DNA from: Selaginella moellendorffii
Taxonomy: Eukaryota; Plantae; Lycopodiophyta
Length of the DNA stretch: 64,000 nucleotides
Assembly: GCF_000143415.4 (NCBI RefSeq)
Contig: NW_003314261.1
Location: 4,628,691 to 4,692,690 of the forward strand
Direction: 5' to 3'
The translations under genes were made by a program, and so were the position numbers. Under the pieces are notes generated by a model, which was given only the letters and a program-made list of their open reading frames with translations, did no database searches and had not been told where the DNA came from. Shown here in pieces: positions 13,150 to 26,101 of the stretch; position 1 is the stretch's first letter; every line of letters starts with the position of its first letter.

Positions 13150-14900
13150 CAATAGAGAGTGTCCATGGGCATTATAGAGACAAAAAGTTCAATAATCATC
13201 GCTAATCTCCATTATGCCAAGTGACTGATGTGTGATGCCTCAAACCTGATCATGCCAAACTCATCCAAGGATTAGGGAATTTTTCAAAGGTGTGGAGCTA
13301 AACTTTTGGTAGTCCACCACCATAAAGTCTAGAAGAGATTCCACCTTATTGACATAAACTCAAACATTGTGGCAAATACCCACAGGGGCAACAATATGGT
13401 TCACGAATATCTTTAGGATCAAAGTTGTGCTTCTAGAGACTAGAGGACTTGCTCTTGTGGCTGCATCCAAAGAGATCATAGTGCTTCTAGATCCAAAATC
13501 GACGAGAGTGTTGATGATAGGAAAACCATTGCCAAAGTCTATGAGTGCAAAAAATGCACTTGGATCAAAAGATCAATGATGTGCACAACTTGTGGGAGAG
13601 AGGCCATAGCTCTAGTAGACTTCACAAAGTCCTCAAGACATTATCCAAAGCTCCCTGAGAGTGCACTTCAACAGGTGATGTAGATGTTCGTCACCTTTTC
13701 ACTACGCAAGCTTTTGTGCACAATTCTTGCTTGGAACTCCTAGAGAAAGGTGGAGGATATTCAAGAAGGAGACATGTGAATGGGTTCTTGCATGCCACCT
13801 TTGGTGCTTGATCGGTGATTGCCGAAGGAGTTGAATCATCATAGATTTCCTCTTCAGTGACTTTCTTCTTTTATGCTCTTGTGGCTGCTATCTTTGTGAA
13901 CTCCTCCTTGGCAATCATGATTGTGTTGACCTATCCCATTAGAACCTTCCCTTTGCTTGAAGATGATGAAGGTGCAACCTTGATTGGATGCTACTCAAAC
14001 TGCACTAGTAGCAATCCTTTTCTTGTGTTGCAACATTGTTATTTACAAACAGTTACTCCTGGACACATTGAGAACGTGGTGTTGTAGCTTTGGATGAAGC
14101 TTCCAACACCTCTCCATGCTGTGAGTTGTGACATTGCAATGGGAGCAATATCAAGACATTTTGGCTTATTGGCTTGTTGTAAGTGGCAAGCACGGAGCTC
14201 TTCAAGAATCTTCTCTTGCATCTGCTATTACTATTGGATGATATCTTTGTATACCACAAGCTCTATCAAAGCCTTCTCAATCATTGCAAAGACTTTATCA
14301 ATAGCAATAGTGGGTGTGAGAACTAGACGAGAAATGATTACGCATGAAGATTCCAATGAGGGAGGGAGTAAAGCTTCTTCACCCTTAGAGATACCAATCC
14401 CCTAAAGAAAATCATGCTCTAAAGTCTTTATAGCTACAAAAGCCTTGCAATACATCTAGAATTGCATCTTGAGCATCTTGTATTGGAGGTTCCTCTTAAG
14501 CCCAAAGATAAATGCTATGATACTATGGGGCTCATTGGTGATTATTTGTTGTTCCACACACTCCTTCCAGTAGGCACAAAAATGCATCATGTACTTCGGC
14601 ATCGACTTGCAAGCTCTTTGTCAAAAGGCAAATAAGTCTATGAGCAAAGGATTGGCTAGCTGCTACTGATCAAAGTGCAACTTGAAGGAGGCCTTGAATG
14701 TGGCATAGTCTGCCATATTTACCTCCAAAGAGTCTTTACCCATGCTATTGCTCCATCGATAAGTGATCAAGAGAAGTCTTGAAGCTTGTAATCATCATTG
14801 CTAATGCTATTTAATACACAATATTGCTTAAAATGAAGAATATGTGTCTTTGCTGAGATGTCCCTATTGCTTGAGAAGTAATGCAAGTTCATCCCCCACT
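13150..14900 (-). mobile_element. Degenerate gypsy-like gag-protease remnant
   Basis: Minus strand reads PIINTLVDFGSRSTMIS (protease active-site-like, ~13470-13522) and LILG*VW (~13250-13275); gag-like KSMPKYMMHF at ~14580-14610. Heavily interrupted; boundaries are approximate. Confidence 0.5.
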
Positions 14901-16499
14901 GTATAATATGGATTTGAGGAGGAATTGTTATAGGTAGTGAATGGCCAAACTCGCTATTTGCTAAGTCCGAATCTTCCTCAGTTGAAAGAATTGTTTGATA
15001 ATCTAGCTAGTGGTGGATATGTGAATAACAACCTTTAACCTGAGGGATAGTGTTGATAGTAAGTAGCATTGAATGTGCATGGATCTAGTGTGAATGGGTA
15101 TAAATCCCATAGTCATTGCAAATGCCGGCTTGTTGCAAATGCTCCCAAAGAGTAAAAATTCTTGGCTCTTGGAATCCTCTAAGCTAATGTAAAGATCTTA
15201 TATCCAAAATAAATGGTTGGAGAATAAACATTATCACTCACAAACATTCATAAGCATAAAAACATGAATATCTCAAGCTTTAAAGCACCAAAAATCATGA
15301 GCAAGAGTGTGTTAGAAAGCACTTGATGCCATCTACACAGCTATAGAAAGAAAAATTTGTAAAACTACTAAGAATTGAGTGAAAATAGCTAAAACCACCC
15401 CTTGTACTCAAAATAAATGAGCAAAAGTGGGAATTCCAAACTCTTTAAATTTGGCATAAAATCTAACATGCAATCACATAGTAAAAGCTCTAAAGGAAAT
15501 GTATCTAACACACTCAAAAAGAATGAAAATGGTGATGAAATTGGAAAGAAAAAACTCCTCAAAATTGTAGTTGTGTAGTATGTGAGATAAACAACACCAA
15601 AACTCATAATTCTTTGCTTGCAAGAAAGGACTTAAAAAAAATTAAGAAGCAAAAGGAGAGACCCACAAAAGAAATTTCAAAAAAAAATTAGGAATTATCA
15701 CTCTTAAAGCTCTAAAACTTTGTTGTGAGAAGAAAAAAAAGAAGAGAGCAAGAAAAAGAGAAAGATATCTTAATCTTTTATATTCCACTCATAAAAAAAA
15801 CACTCTTTGGAAATTTCATGACCAAATCTAAAGGCCCACACTAGCAATTTTCTAAACCAATGTTGTAATCTCAAGTTTAAACATCTAGAAATAAACTGTG
15901 AAAACAAGGGAAAATACAAAAAAACAAACATTTGCATGCAACTTGATTCTCCACCAAATCACATGTTCTTTAACTCGCTGAAAAGAGGAGGAGAAACTAC
16001 TTCAACCCAGACAAGGCACAACCAAAATATCACTAAAAATTTCTCCAAAACCAAGCAAAATGAAGGAAAATGAAAAAACAATGGGAAAAACTCTAAATCT
16101 ATGAGCCTATACTCTAAATTTATGCAAGAGGGAACTTTTATCAATCCAAGAGATCCCCCAAACACAAATCTAGCCATTAAAACTCTAAAATCTCTCCATC
16201 CATCAGATTTTTTCTTATTCTCCATAAAAAGTTAAACTAATTGGGAGATGAAAGCTATCTCCTAACTTTTCTAACTCAACCTCTCCATGCCTCCTCAATT
16301 GCCCTAAATACCACTCCTTCCCTCACTAACTTGTGGGGCTTTTATACAAAGAGAAGGGAATATTCTAGAAATTAAAATATTCTCAGTGCTCTAAGCTACA
16401 CTCCACATCCCAATAGTGGTAACCACAGACCATCTTGCACAATGCAAACTCTTGAAGTTTTTGAGTGGTAATAAAAAAATTATATATCTTTTATGTTTT

Positions 16500-18800
16500 T
16501 CTAATTACTTTTCTATCTCATGTGGGAAGAACTGCTGCAGCAAATGTAAAGCTCCAATGCTTTTGGAAGGAACTTCTGGAAGAATGGAGGTATAACAAAG
16601 AATTTTATGAAGCCTACCACACCATGAACTTTGCAAGAAATATAGGTAGCTATCAAGGAATTAGAATAGCTTCCAAACACATCACGAAAGTGACAACTAC
16701 AGTGGGATATAGGTGTGAGACAAGACTTTTTGAAATATACGAGTAAGTATAATTGGACTTCATTGTGGCTTCGACTGTGTTTTCTGATAAGGATTTGTAG
16801 GTTGAACTTGGTAGAGATCTCTAGCTTTAACTTAATGCATCTCTGGTGCCTAGGTGTTCTGAAACAATGGAATGAACTCACCTTTGCTACAATGGAACAG
16901 AATGGTCATGTAGAGTGAATGGAGGTTCTGTTGAAATCGAGGACAAGCTGTATGAAGAGGGGATGCCAACATGACCATCCACTATTAAGACTTGGCTTCT
17001 GGCGAACACAGGAAAACCAACACTATATGCAATGGTATCAACTGTATATAGTGGATGGACTTCTCAATACAGCAGGTTTTCAAATATGTCAACTGCTCAT
17101 TGAGTTGACAAGAATTTTTTACAATTGGAGCTAGAGTTGTAGATGGACAGTTGAAAATCTTGACTATGTTCATTAGATTTGCAACACTGTAGAAGTGTTC
17201 TAGTATGGGAGGTATGGAGCTCATCAATCCATTTTGATGTATGTGTTTAGCAGAGGGCACATTTGTGATGATATTTTCCAATATAGCTCATTAGCAAACA
17301 CGTGGTGCTACAGATTTGAGTCAGACTTTAAAGACCTCAATGCTATATAGATAAACCACTTACAAATGGAAAGGACATTCATGAAAGCTCATCTCAGGTA
17401 ATATTTTTCTAGAATCTTTGAAGAAGTTCACAAGCACCTTTTTGTAGGTATTTTTTCACAACAATCCAGGAAGAAATGATGGTAGAAAGAGATGGACTTC
17501 TCCCCCTTTCATGGTTGAACTTGCTATTAAACAAAAGCTTTATTAAGCCCAGGTCACATCTAGAATTGGAGACTATGTTTGTGAAGGATGGGTTAGTAGT
17601 TGTGACTTTGGAGGAGCAAGCCATAGATTTATAGAGGAGATCCATGGACATAGCAAGCACAGACTGGAAAAGAAGATTACATGATGTTGGTGTCCTAATG
17701 AATATGATGGGAGGGATTTTGCTATCAACTGTATAGTTGGAAGCTGTTGTGCAGCTAGTAGGCCCAACATTTTAGGAATAAAAAATTGTCAAAGGGCATT
17801 GCTATGGGCACAAGGCTGTTTGCATTCACAATTCAATTTTAAAATGTGGGAGTTTGGTTGTCACACAAAAGATCTAGACAATGGAGGTATTTGTCTAGTT
17901 TCAACTTCTTATTTCTCATAATTTATTCTACAAGTGAGGTTTGTTATGTGGAGGTGATGGAGATTTTTTCCATTGATTACAGTGGGTGATTGATGGTTTG
18001 TTTTCAGCATACTATCAAGTGAGTCCTTTTATGTTATCCAGATATATTTCTAAGAAACTGTATTGACACATACACAAGTATCATTGTCATCCACAAACTT
18101 CTCATCCAATGATATATGAATCTATAAATATGCAAATTCTAGCATATGACTCTGCTTGCATATTGTATATTCAGGAAATTCTTCGGGAAATTTGTGTTGT
18201 CCTGCATAATGATGATGCCATGGCAAAGAGAGGTTTTCGTATTGCCTTAGAAGTTGTTGCCACCAAATTTCCAAATGATCTTCTGTCAAGGGTGAATCCT
18301 GTTTGGGTGCAAGCTGGTGATGTAGTCAAATTACAAGGAAGAGCAGGAACAAGGTTGGGTTTAGTAACAAGTAGTAATGTGGAACGGTTGACCTTAGACA
18401 TAAAGTGGTTGGAGAATCATTCTGTTACTGGGGAAGTGGTGTTAGTCAAACCTGCTAAACAATAAAATACAAAGCAAAAATGGTCTCAAGTAGAGTGGTT
18501 CATTTTTGTCTGATTTTAGAGGATGGTTTTGTCCCGATTGAAGTGGATGACATGGAGTTATGTGACTATCAATTTGTAGTGGTTACTAATATTGTGGAAA
18601 GGTAAAAAATAGCAAAGTTCAAGGAACTTAGGCTTTGTGATGACGGTCAGTATGAATTAACAGAAGCCATTCCTATGCTTCTTGGTTGGTTTGAAATAAA
18701 GTGCAGAAGACAAGTGCAAGTGACCCTCCACCATGATGAAGACCCAGGTTTTTCCTCATTGACAATAGCTGAGAAAGGCAAGACTTTTCTTCTACATGAA
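16500..18800 (+). mobile_element. Probable DNA-transposase remnant (CACTA/EnSpm-related)
   Basis: GHICDDIFQYSSLANTWCYRFESDFK (~17255-17335) resembles the H..I..(F/Y)G.L...W(C/M).(R/P)FE motif of EnSpm/Plavaka-type transposases. Reading frames are broken and no TIRs were found. Confidence 0.45.
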
Positions 18801-20056
18801 ACTTGGCATTATATGACTAAACTTATAATATATATATTATATATATAGTTTGTTCATGAGTGCCTACAACACTAGTAAGAGCCTTGTTTGTGTTTCTTGT
18901 GTGGTGCTTTAAGAGAGGAATCTTTCCAGCTATGCCTGCCTAGATGCCTTGGTTGTGCTGATTCTAGGGACAAGTTGCAATTGACACAATATAACATGTA
19001 TGTCACTTTTACAGATTTAGAGGGCTTTGTCTTCCTCACAACAACCTCAATGTCACAATAAAAGCTTTTAGGGGAACACTTGGGTCCACATTTTGGCTTC
19101 CTTCCAATGTTTAGAAGAAGTCCAAGGCCAGCTGAGACAGGCCCTTGGACTTGAGTGAACACTAGGAGCTAGGACACCAATTTGGAGTAGTTGGGATCTA
19201 TGGCTGGATGGTGAATGTCCTGCTACTGTATTGTGGAGCAATCACTTGTAGGTAGCAACTGTGGTGTCCTCCACTTTGGTAACTTATACTGTATACTCAT
19301 GAGGATTGCAACTTTAAGGGTGTGTTGAAGGTGTAGTTTTGACAATAAACGTTTGGAATGTGTTGCTCATCCATGCTTTCAAGACAGCAACAAGCAAGTT
19401 TAGAGCTGGATAGAGAGCATAGCATTCAAGCTTAGCAGTAAGATCAGATTACAAATTTAGCATGGCATTTTGTTGTTATGCATTTAATATTTCCATTTGA
19501 TTATCAAAATCTATTTATTTCTCTTATGTTTTATAAAAAAATTAATATTTGTTAAATACCTTTTAGTTTAGTTTAGTTTAGTTTATTGATAAAAAAACAT
19601 GAGAGGTGAAATACAAAGTAGGTGTTGATATCCTTTTAGCTTCTTACAGCCATTAGATTAAGGATCACCTTGGAATATGCTAGAATATTTAGGAATAGTT
19701 ATTACCACTTGGAAAAAAGTTGTTTAAAACTTACCTGTCTTGCCACTGATCAAATCACTTTTTGCTGGGAGGTGAATAAGCATGACTAGATCCTTTAATT
19801 CCAGATGTAATAAAACGATGCCAATGGAGCCTTAGATTTGAATGGCCACCATGCAAATGGCAAATCATTTCTTATGTTGTTTATAGTCTTGCGGTTCCCA
19901 TAAGACTTTATGAATGCAATGCAATTGAAAGTTTTGGTGTTCCGCTCCACGGTCCACGGTCCGGTCCAGTTTCAATTTTTCGAGCCTTCAAAGAGGTAGT
20001 GCCGTGTTCCATTCCTGTGTCACGGTATTTTTCTAGGGTTCTTCGTTCTCATCTAA

Positions 20057-22003
20057 ATGGCGCTGGCGACAAGGTCGAGCTTCCGGACGCTAAAGGCGAT
20101 TCGTGGCGCACATTCGTTCTGCAAGCACGCCACCTCTTCTGGCAGCAGCTCGGATCGTGTCTCGAGTTTGTGGGACGAGCATCGCCTTACGGCCGATCAG
20201 CTGCATTTTCGTGCGCTTGCTACTGTAAGTCTTGGAATCTCTTCCCCGCGCCAGAGTATTGAAATTCTCATGTCGGCAGGATTTTGCCAAGAAGGAGCTC
20301 CTTCCCAATGGCGCGCAGTGGGATTGCGACAAATATTTTCCAGTGGAGGTTTTGCGAAAGGCTGCCGGTCTGGGATTCGGAGGAATGTTTTGTGCTGAAG
20401 ACGTTGGTGGCTCTCGGTAAGTGAGCGGCATGATAACCAAGCAAAAATTCTGAAGCACTTGTTCTTACAGGCTTAATCGAGTGGATGGAGCAGTGATTTT
20501 TGAGGCGCTGGCATATGGTGATGTAAGCACAACTGCTTATCTTACCATTCATAACATGTGCTGCTCTTTGATTGACAGGTTATCTTCGTAGCTTTTCCAA
20601 TGTTTCTTTCGATTTGTTCTTTGATTTTTTCCAACTCTGTGGTTTGTAGGTATGGAAATGATCAACAGAGAAACCACTGGCTTCCAAAACTTATTCAGAT
20701 GGTACGTTTTTGTTACTTGATTTCTTACCGGATGTTGTAATACTACCTAGGAATTCTTTTCATCGTACTGCTTAACGGAACCTTCAAGCGGGAGTGATGC
20801 CGCATCCTTACAGGCAAAGAACTACTATCAACTTCAAGTATTGACACTTTTTTTCAACTCCAGACTACAGCAAGACAAGCACACGGCAGCAGCGACTACA
20901 TTCTGAATGGATCAAAGGTCTAGTACGACTCCGAGGCCCAGTTTTGTTTCTTATCCGATCATGTTTCAGGCCTTCATTAGTGGAGGAAGCGTTAGCGACT
21001 TGTACTTGGTGATGGCTCGAACAGGAGCGCTGGGCCCAAAAGGGATCTCTTGCTTTCTCTTAGAGAAGGTATTTTCGGTCTTTCTTTTGACAAGCTTGAG
21101 CTCAGCTGTTTGCAATGTGATGTGTGAAAGGGGATGCCTGGACTTTCGTTTGGACGGCCCGAAGATAAGCTTGGATGGCGATCTCAGCCTACCACTTCCG
21201 TATGTCTTCAAGAGTGTTTTGAAGGTGTTTGTTGATTGCCTATGTTTAGGTGGTCATGGAAGAGGTGCGTGTGCCTTCCGCCAATATGCTTGGACGAGAG
21301 GGACAGGGATTTGCCATCGCAATGGCGGGCCTTGATGGAGGTCGCATAAATATCGCATCATGCAGGTTTGACAACTAATTTGTTTTCCTATCGTAACTTC
21401 TTACACAATTTATTTTAGTTGCGGGGGAGCACAGTTCTGCCTTGATACTGCTCAGGAATATGCGTCTACTCGCAAACAAGTAACTGAATATCTTTATGCA
21501 TTTTACGGTGGAACATCTTTTTAGTTTTCTTTTTTTGTGGTTTTAGTTTGGAAAAGCCATCACAGAGTTTCAAAGTACTCAATTCAAACTAGCGGATATG
21601 CAGACTGCTCTGCATGCGTCACGCTTAATGGTATCAAATGCTGCCGCTGCCTTGGATGCTGGATCTCCGAAAGCCTCTGCTTGCGCTGCAATGGCGAAAA
21701 GGTTGGTTGGGTCGTTGTGTTGATTGTTCGGCTCTAAACATATTGCTTGTTCTTTTCTAAGGTTCGCTACTGATGCTTGCTTTAACATTGCGAATGATGC
21801 ATTGCAACTTCATGGGGGATATGGCTACTTAAAAGACTACCCGGTAATATGACAATCTAGTAGTAGCACGCAACGACTTCTAATCAATTCATTTTGTCCA
21901 GGTTGAAAGGTATCTTAGGGACCTGCGAGTCCATACCATACTCGAAGGGACGAACGAGATCATGAGGGTCGTGCTCTTTCGACACATGCTACAGCAGCCG
22001 TAA
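20057..22003 (+). CDS. ACAD8: Mitochondrial acyl-CoA dehydrogenase, isobutyryl-CoA dehydrogenase (ACAD8)-like; about 12 exons
   Basis: Arg/Ser-rich presequence [10 protein letters not shown]; spliced motifs [86 protein letters not shown]; stop TAA at 22001-22003. Confidence 0.9.
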
Positions 22004-22259
22004 GGGCGTACCATGTGTGTGATCCATGTGTCCTTTCGAGGAGGGAAGCCCTTACGGCAGCCCGTGCGGTGTAAAAATGTGATCGACATTACAAAGGTTT
22101 GGTTTGCCTTTGTTCCGTTTTAATTCGCGCGTAGTTTTTTGTGATAGTAGGACAGGCCATACATGTTCCAAAACCGTGATATCCCGGTCCACCGTGGGAC
22201 GTAAGTCTCCGCTGCTGTAGCTTCGGAACTGTGGAGATCCCACCATTAGCTAGAAGCCT

Positions 22260-24240
22260 TTAGTATTAACTTGGTGTTATTGACTTGGTGTTGTTTGGGA
22301 TCGCTATTGAGATTTTATCATTTTGATTTGGATGTTTAGATTAATTAAAATAATGAAATTATATCTGATGATCTCAAGGTTATTAAAGCTCAAGGTGATG
22401 AAACACAAGGATAAGTCATACATTAAAAATCAAATAATTGAATACTAAGCTTCACACTTTAATATTAGCTTGTATATTTATAAGTAATATTAAATTTTTC
22501 TAAAGATTTGGAATCATAGGAAGTTTTGTTAAAAAAGTATAATAAAATTTAGTGGTTAATAATAAAATTGAATTAGTAAGAAGTAAATAGATTCTTCATT
22601 CCCTATTTTGCAACCTTGAATGTCTTCTTTCAAAACTTATATACTATTTTATATAATATACCAGTTTCTTAAGTTATAACTTGCATACAAAATTATAAAT
22701 TATATTTAAAAAAATATTTTTACTATAATTATATAAAAATAATTTAGATGAATCTGATCAAAACAAAAATAATGGTTTTGTAAGTATTTAAACATGTTTA
22801 AAATAAAAAGCTTTATTCTATAACTTAATGTCACTGTATAAAAATAATTATTAACCATTATGAAATTGAAATATAATACTTAACAAATTATTTATTTAGC
22901 TATTACACTACAATCTTACCTTATACCAATAAAACCTCAAAGTTTTCATTTATTTTGTTAAGTAATGTTCAAATCACAATTACTAAACTTTTCATAATTA
23001 AAATAATCTTTAATTATTTCAGTTATAAATTACATAGGCTAGTCACTTACTATTTGTATAGGGATGAAAGTGTGTTTAATATACTCAAAATAAATAATAT
23101 TAATATCCTAAAATATTTAAAAATTTAAATAAAATATTTACTACCTCTTTATATAAATACCAAAGTTATTTTATACGTTTAAGGTACTAATGCATATCAA
23201 TTTGTTTTCCACTTTTTATATTTTAATTAACATTTTAAAATTTTAGTTACTAAGAAAAATATCATGTAATTTTATTAAAGTTTCTCCTAACTTTGCAAAA
23301 TGGTTGAAAGACTTTGGCATGAAAATATAAATATAATAAATAACATTTTAGCTCATTTATTAAAATTTATTTTATATATCCTAATAAATAAAATGGTACA
23401 CTGTATTATACAATACTTGAATGCCTTTTCACATTTCAACTTCATTAGTACAAAAAAATACTATTAAAGTTATAATAATCAGCTTTATATAAGTTTATAA
23501 CATATTAATTCAAATGTATGACTTTATAAATGAATGATTTAATTAATATGGTGGTTAAAAAAGATTTGAAATATTTGTAAAAAAAAATACATTTTGTATA
23601 TTAATTTTTAGTGAATAGTAAGAAAAAACATTTCACACTTAAAAATTTGGTTGAAAAATTTAAAATTATATATATATTTTTTTGATATATAAACTTTTTA
23701 TAACTCGAGGGAGGAAGCTGTTATACTAAAGAATTGTAATCCGGTAAAAATTCTCCTTCTCCAATAGAGGCTAACTTGCTCACCACTGGAATGTTGAGCC
23801 AAAAGCATTATGGATCACATGTTACAAATCTAGAAGAAACTTGTTAAGCCACAAATAAAAGAGGTAAAAAATGGGGAAAAACTCCTTTGTAGTTCAAATA
23901 AATTTTAAAAGTATTGTCATTTCATAAGTTATATTCCAACTTGATAATTGCAACAAAAAATTTAAAGTACAAGACTTAATAGCCCATAAGATTTTAATAA
24001 TTTAAAAATAAAAGACATTTATATGTAAGTCACAATTATATGAAACTTAAACTCTTGAGAGATATTAAATACTATATTTAAAAGTTAAAAAAACAATTTT
24101 TTAGTATATGATTAATAAACTCAATATTTGTGATTATTGTATTTCCCATTGTTTCAATTAATGTAAAGAAAAGTAAAATAATAAGCTTATTAATTAATTA
24201 ATTTATAACTTGTTCTAAGTTTTGAATATAAAATAATAAA
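22260..24240. other. ~2-kb extremely AT-rich, ORF-free intergenic block (possibly a decayed non-autonomous transposon)
   Basis: No ORF of 60 aa or more; composition contrasts sharply with the flanking genes; no TIR or TSD identified. Confidence 0.4.
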
Positions 24241-24249
24241 GATCCGCTT

Positions 24250-24258
24250 AAACCCTAA
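24250..24258 (+). promoter_or_regulatory. Telo-box upstream of the cyclophilin gene
   Basis: AAACCCTAA, 27 nt before the ATG; a known plant housekeeping/RNP-gene promoter motif. Confidence 0.6.
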
Positions 24259-24284
24259 GCCTGTCTTTTAGGGTCCCGAGGGAA

Positions 24285-25185
24285 ATGGCGGGCGTTGTAG
24301 AGTGGCACCTGAGGCCGCAGAATCCAAAGAACCCCGTCGTCTTCTTCGACATCACAATCGGGACGGCGCCTGCTGGGCGGATCAAGATGGAGCTCTTCGC
24401 CGACATTGTTCCCAAGACGGCCGAGAACTTCAGGTATTAGTTCTACTTCGTGTCTGTTTTTGTTTCAGAGATTTATTTCCTTTCTTTGGCAGGCAATTTT
24501 GCACTGGTGATTTTCGGTAAGGAGGGTTTTCTCTCTTGATAAGAAGTCTGGTTCGATCCTATGTTTGTAGAAAAGCCGGGACACCACAAGGATACAAGAA
24601 CTGCAGCTTCCACCGCGTGATCAAAGACTTTATGATTCAAGGCGGGGATTTTCTCAAGGTGAAGTGCGATTCTTTGCAAGTTCTTGCCAGTGACAGTTTT
24701 GCTTCTTCACAGGGCGATGGAAACGGATGCGTGAGCATCTATGGGAGTAAATTTGAAGATGAAAACTTCGTAGCCAAGCACACTGGCCCGGGTCTTTTGT
24801 CCATGGTATGAGCTGCTAACTTTCTTTTCCTTCGACCCGAGAAATTCCATTTTGACGCTTGGAATGAATGCGCAGGCTAACAGCGGCCCAAACACAAATG
24901 GCTGTCAGGTGCTTTTTGTGATCTTCTGTGGATGATCTATACTTACGGAAGACGTTGTTTGTGTAGTTCTTTATAACTTGCGCCAAATGCGACTGGCTCG
25001 ACAACAAGCATGTGGTGTTTGGAGTAAGTTCTTCTCAAACTTGAGCTACAAAACTCATGCTCTATTTTTTCCAGAGGGTTTTGGGCGACGGACTTTTAGT
25101 GGTGCGAAAGATCGAAAACGTCCAGACTGGTCAGAGCAACAAGCCAAAGCTCCAATGCACAATTTCGCAATGTGGTGAAATGTGA
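24285..25185 (+). CDS. CYP22: Cyclophilin-type PPIase, spliceosomal cyclophilin H (CYP22/PPIH)-like; 7 exons
   Basis: Spliced: [26 protein letters not shown]...[13 protein letters not shown]...[20 protein letters not shown]...[36 protein letters not shown]...QCGEM*. Confidence 0.9.
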
Positions 25186-25271
25186 TCCATTCTTCTAACA
25201 CGTAAGTCACAAGTATGTGTGTGTGTGTGTTATTCAATCGCAATACAGACAATGTTTTACCACAGGAGAGA

Positions 25272-26004
25272 CTATGACGAGCTGGGTAGAGCAGCCAGCC
25301 TAGTATACATTCTAGCCATGGATCGATAGCCTCGCACATCGCCAGATCGCAGCAAATTCCCTGGGACATCCAGCTCAAACTTGGCAACTTTGGAGCAAAG
25401 ATCTCTTACCGCAGTCGCAGTTGAGAGGGCTGTCTGCCTCGGGATGAGCCATCAAAGCAATCACCGCTCGGCAAACCGATTGCAACGTCCATGCCGGGCT
25501 CCAAGCGGTCTTGAGAATGTCGAGGCAAATCTCTCCAGTCTGGAATAGAAAAAAGAAAAAAAAGAAAATGCTTAGCATCGCTATACTATTTTTCTTTGAG
25601 TTCTTCCAGGCCAGGATGAAAGATTTGCGGTACCTTGAAGTGAACGTTTGGGTGAAAGATCTTTGTGACGAAGCGGACTAGCGGTGGAAGTAGAGGATAG
25701 TTGTCCGGGACGCTTATCGCGAGCTGGAACACGCCTTCGTGGTATGGAGTCTCGGCCGGTCCCTGGAAATCCAAGCGAAATTTCTTTCTCTCTCACACAC
25801 ACACTGCATGAATTTCTTACCTTGATGTGTGCCGTCCATCGATGGATGTTTGTGTCATCGCAGACGAGCTGGATGTCCGAATCCGCGTTGCGATCCTTCT
25901 GGACTTCCCGGTACTCCTTGAACAGCCGCGCTCTGTTGGACTGGAAATTGGGAGGAGGGAAACGAGTGATCTCGCGATCGATCGATGCATTTGAGTCTTA
26001 CCAT
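25272..26004 (-). CDS. PEX4: Peroxin 4, E2 ubiquitin-conjugating enzyme (UBC21)
   Basis: RARLFKEYREVQ...GPAETPY...[35 protein letters not shown]...DSPLNCDCGNLLRSGDVRGYRSMARMYTRLAA; first coding exon is the ATG only. Confidence 0.92.
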
Positions 26005-26014
26005 TTTTGCTCGC

Positions 26015-26089
26015 AAACCCTAGGAGGTAGATCCCGCGTTCGAGCCCTGTCAGGGGTAATTACTTTGGGCGGGAAGAGGATAAACCCTA
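26015..26089. promoter_or_regulatory. Compact bidirectional promoter with two telo-boxes
   Basis: AAACCCTA at 26015-26022 and 26082-26089, between divergent ATGs at 26004 and 26102. Confidence 0.55.
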
Positions 26090-26101
26090 GTCTGTTCGAC
26101 G

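Noticed and set aside
15188-16400. Possible LTR of the minus-strand gypsy remnant
   Set aside because: Only a very degenerate PBS-like string near 15176-15187; no second LTR or TSD found.
22001-22145. Resemblance to U11 snRNA (GTGCGG...ATCGACAT, Sm-like AGTTTTTTGT), and stop-codon readthrough to a peroxisomal signal
   Set aside because: Spacing is wrong, there is no AAAAAGG 5' end and it overlaps a CDS end; the readthrough frame ends FVPF*, not a PTS1.
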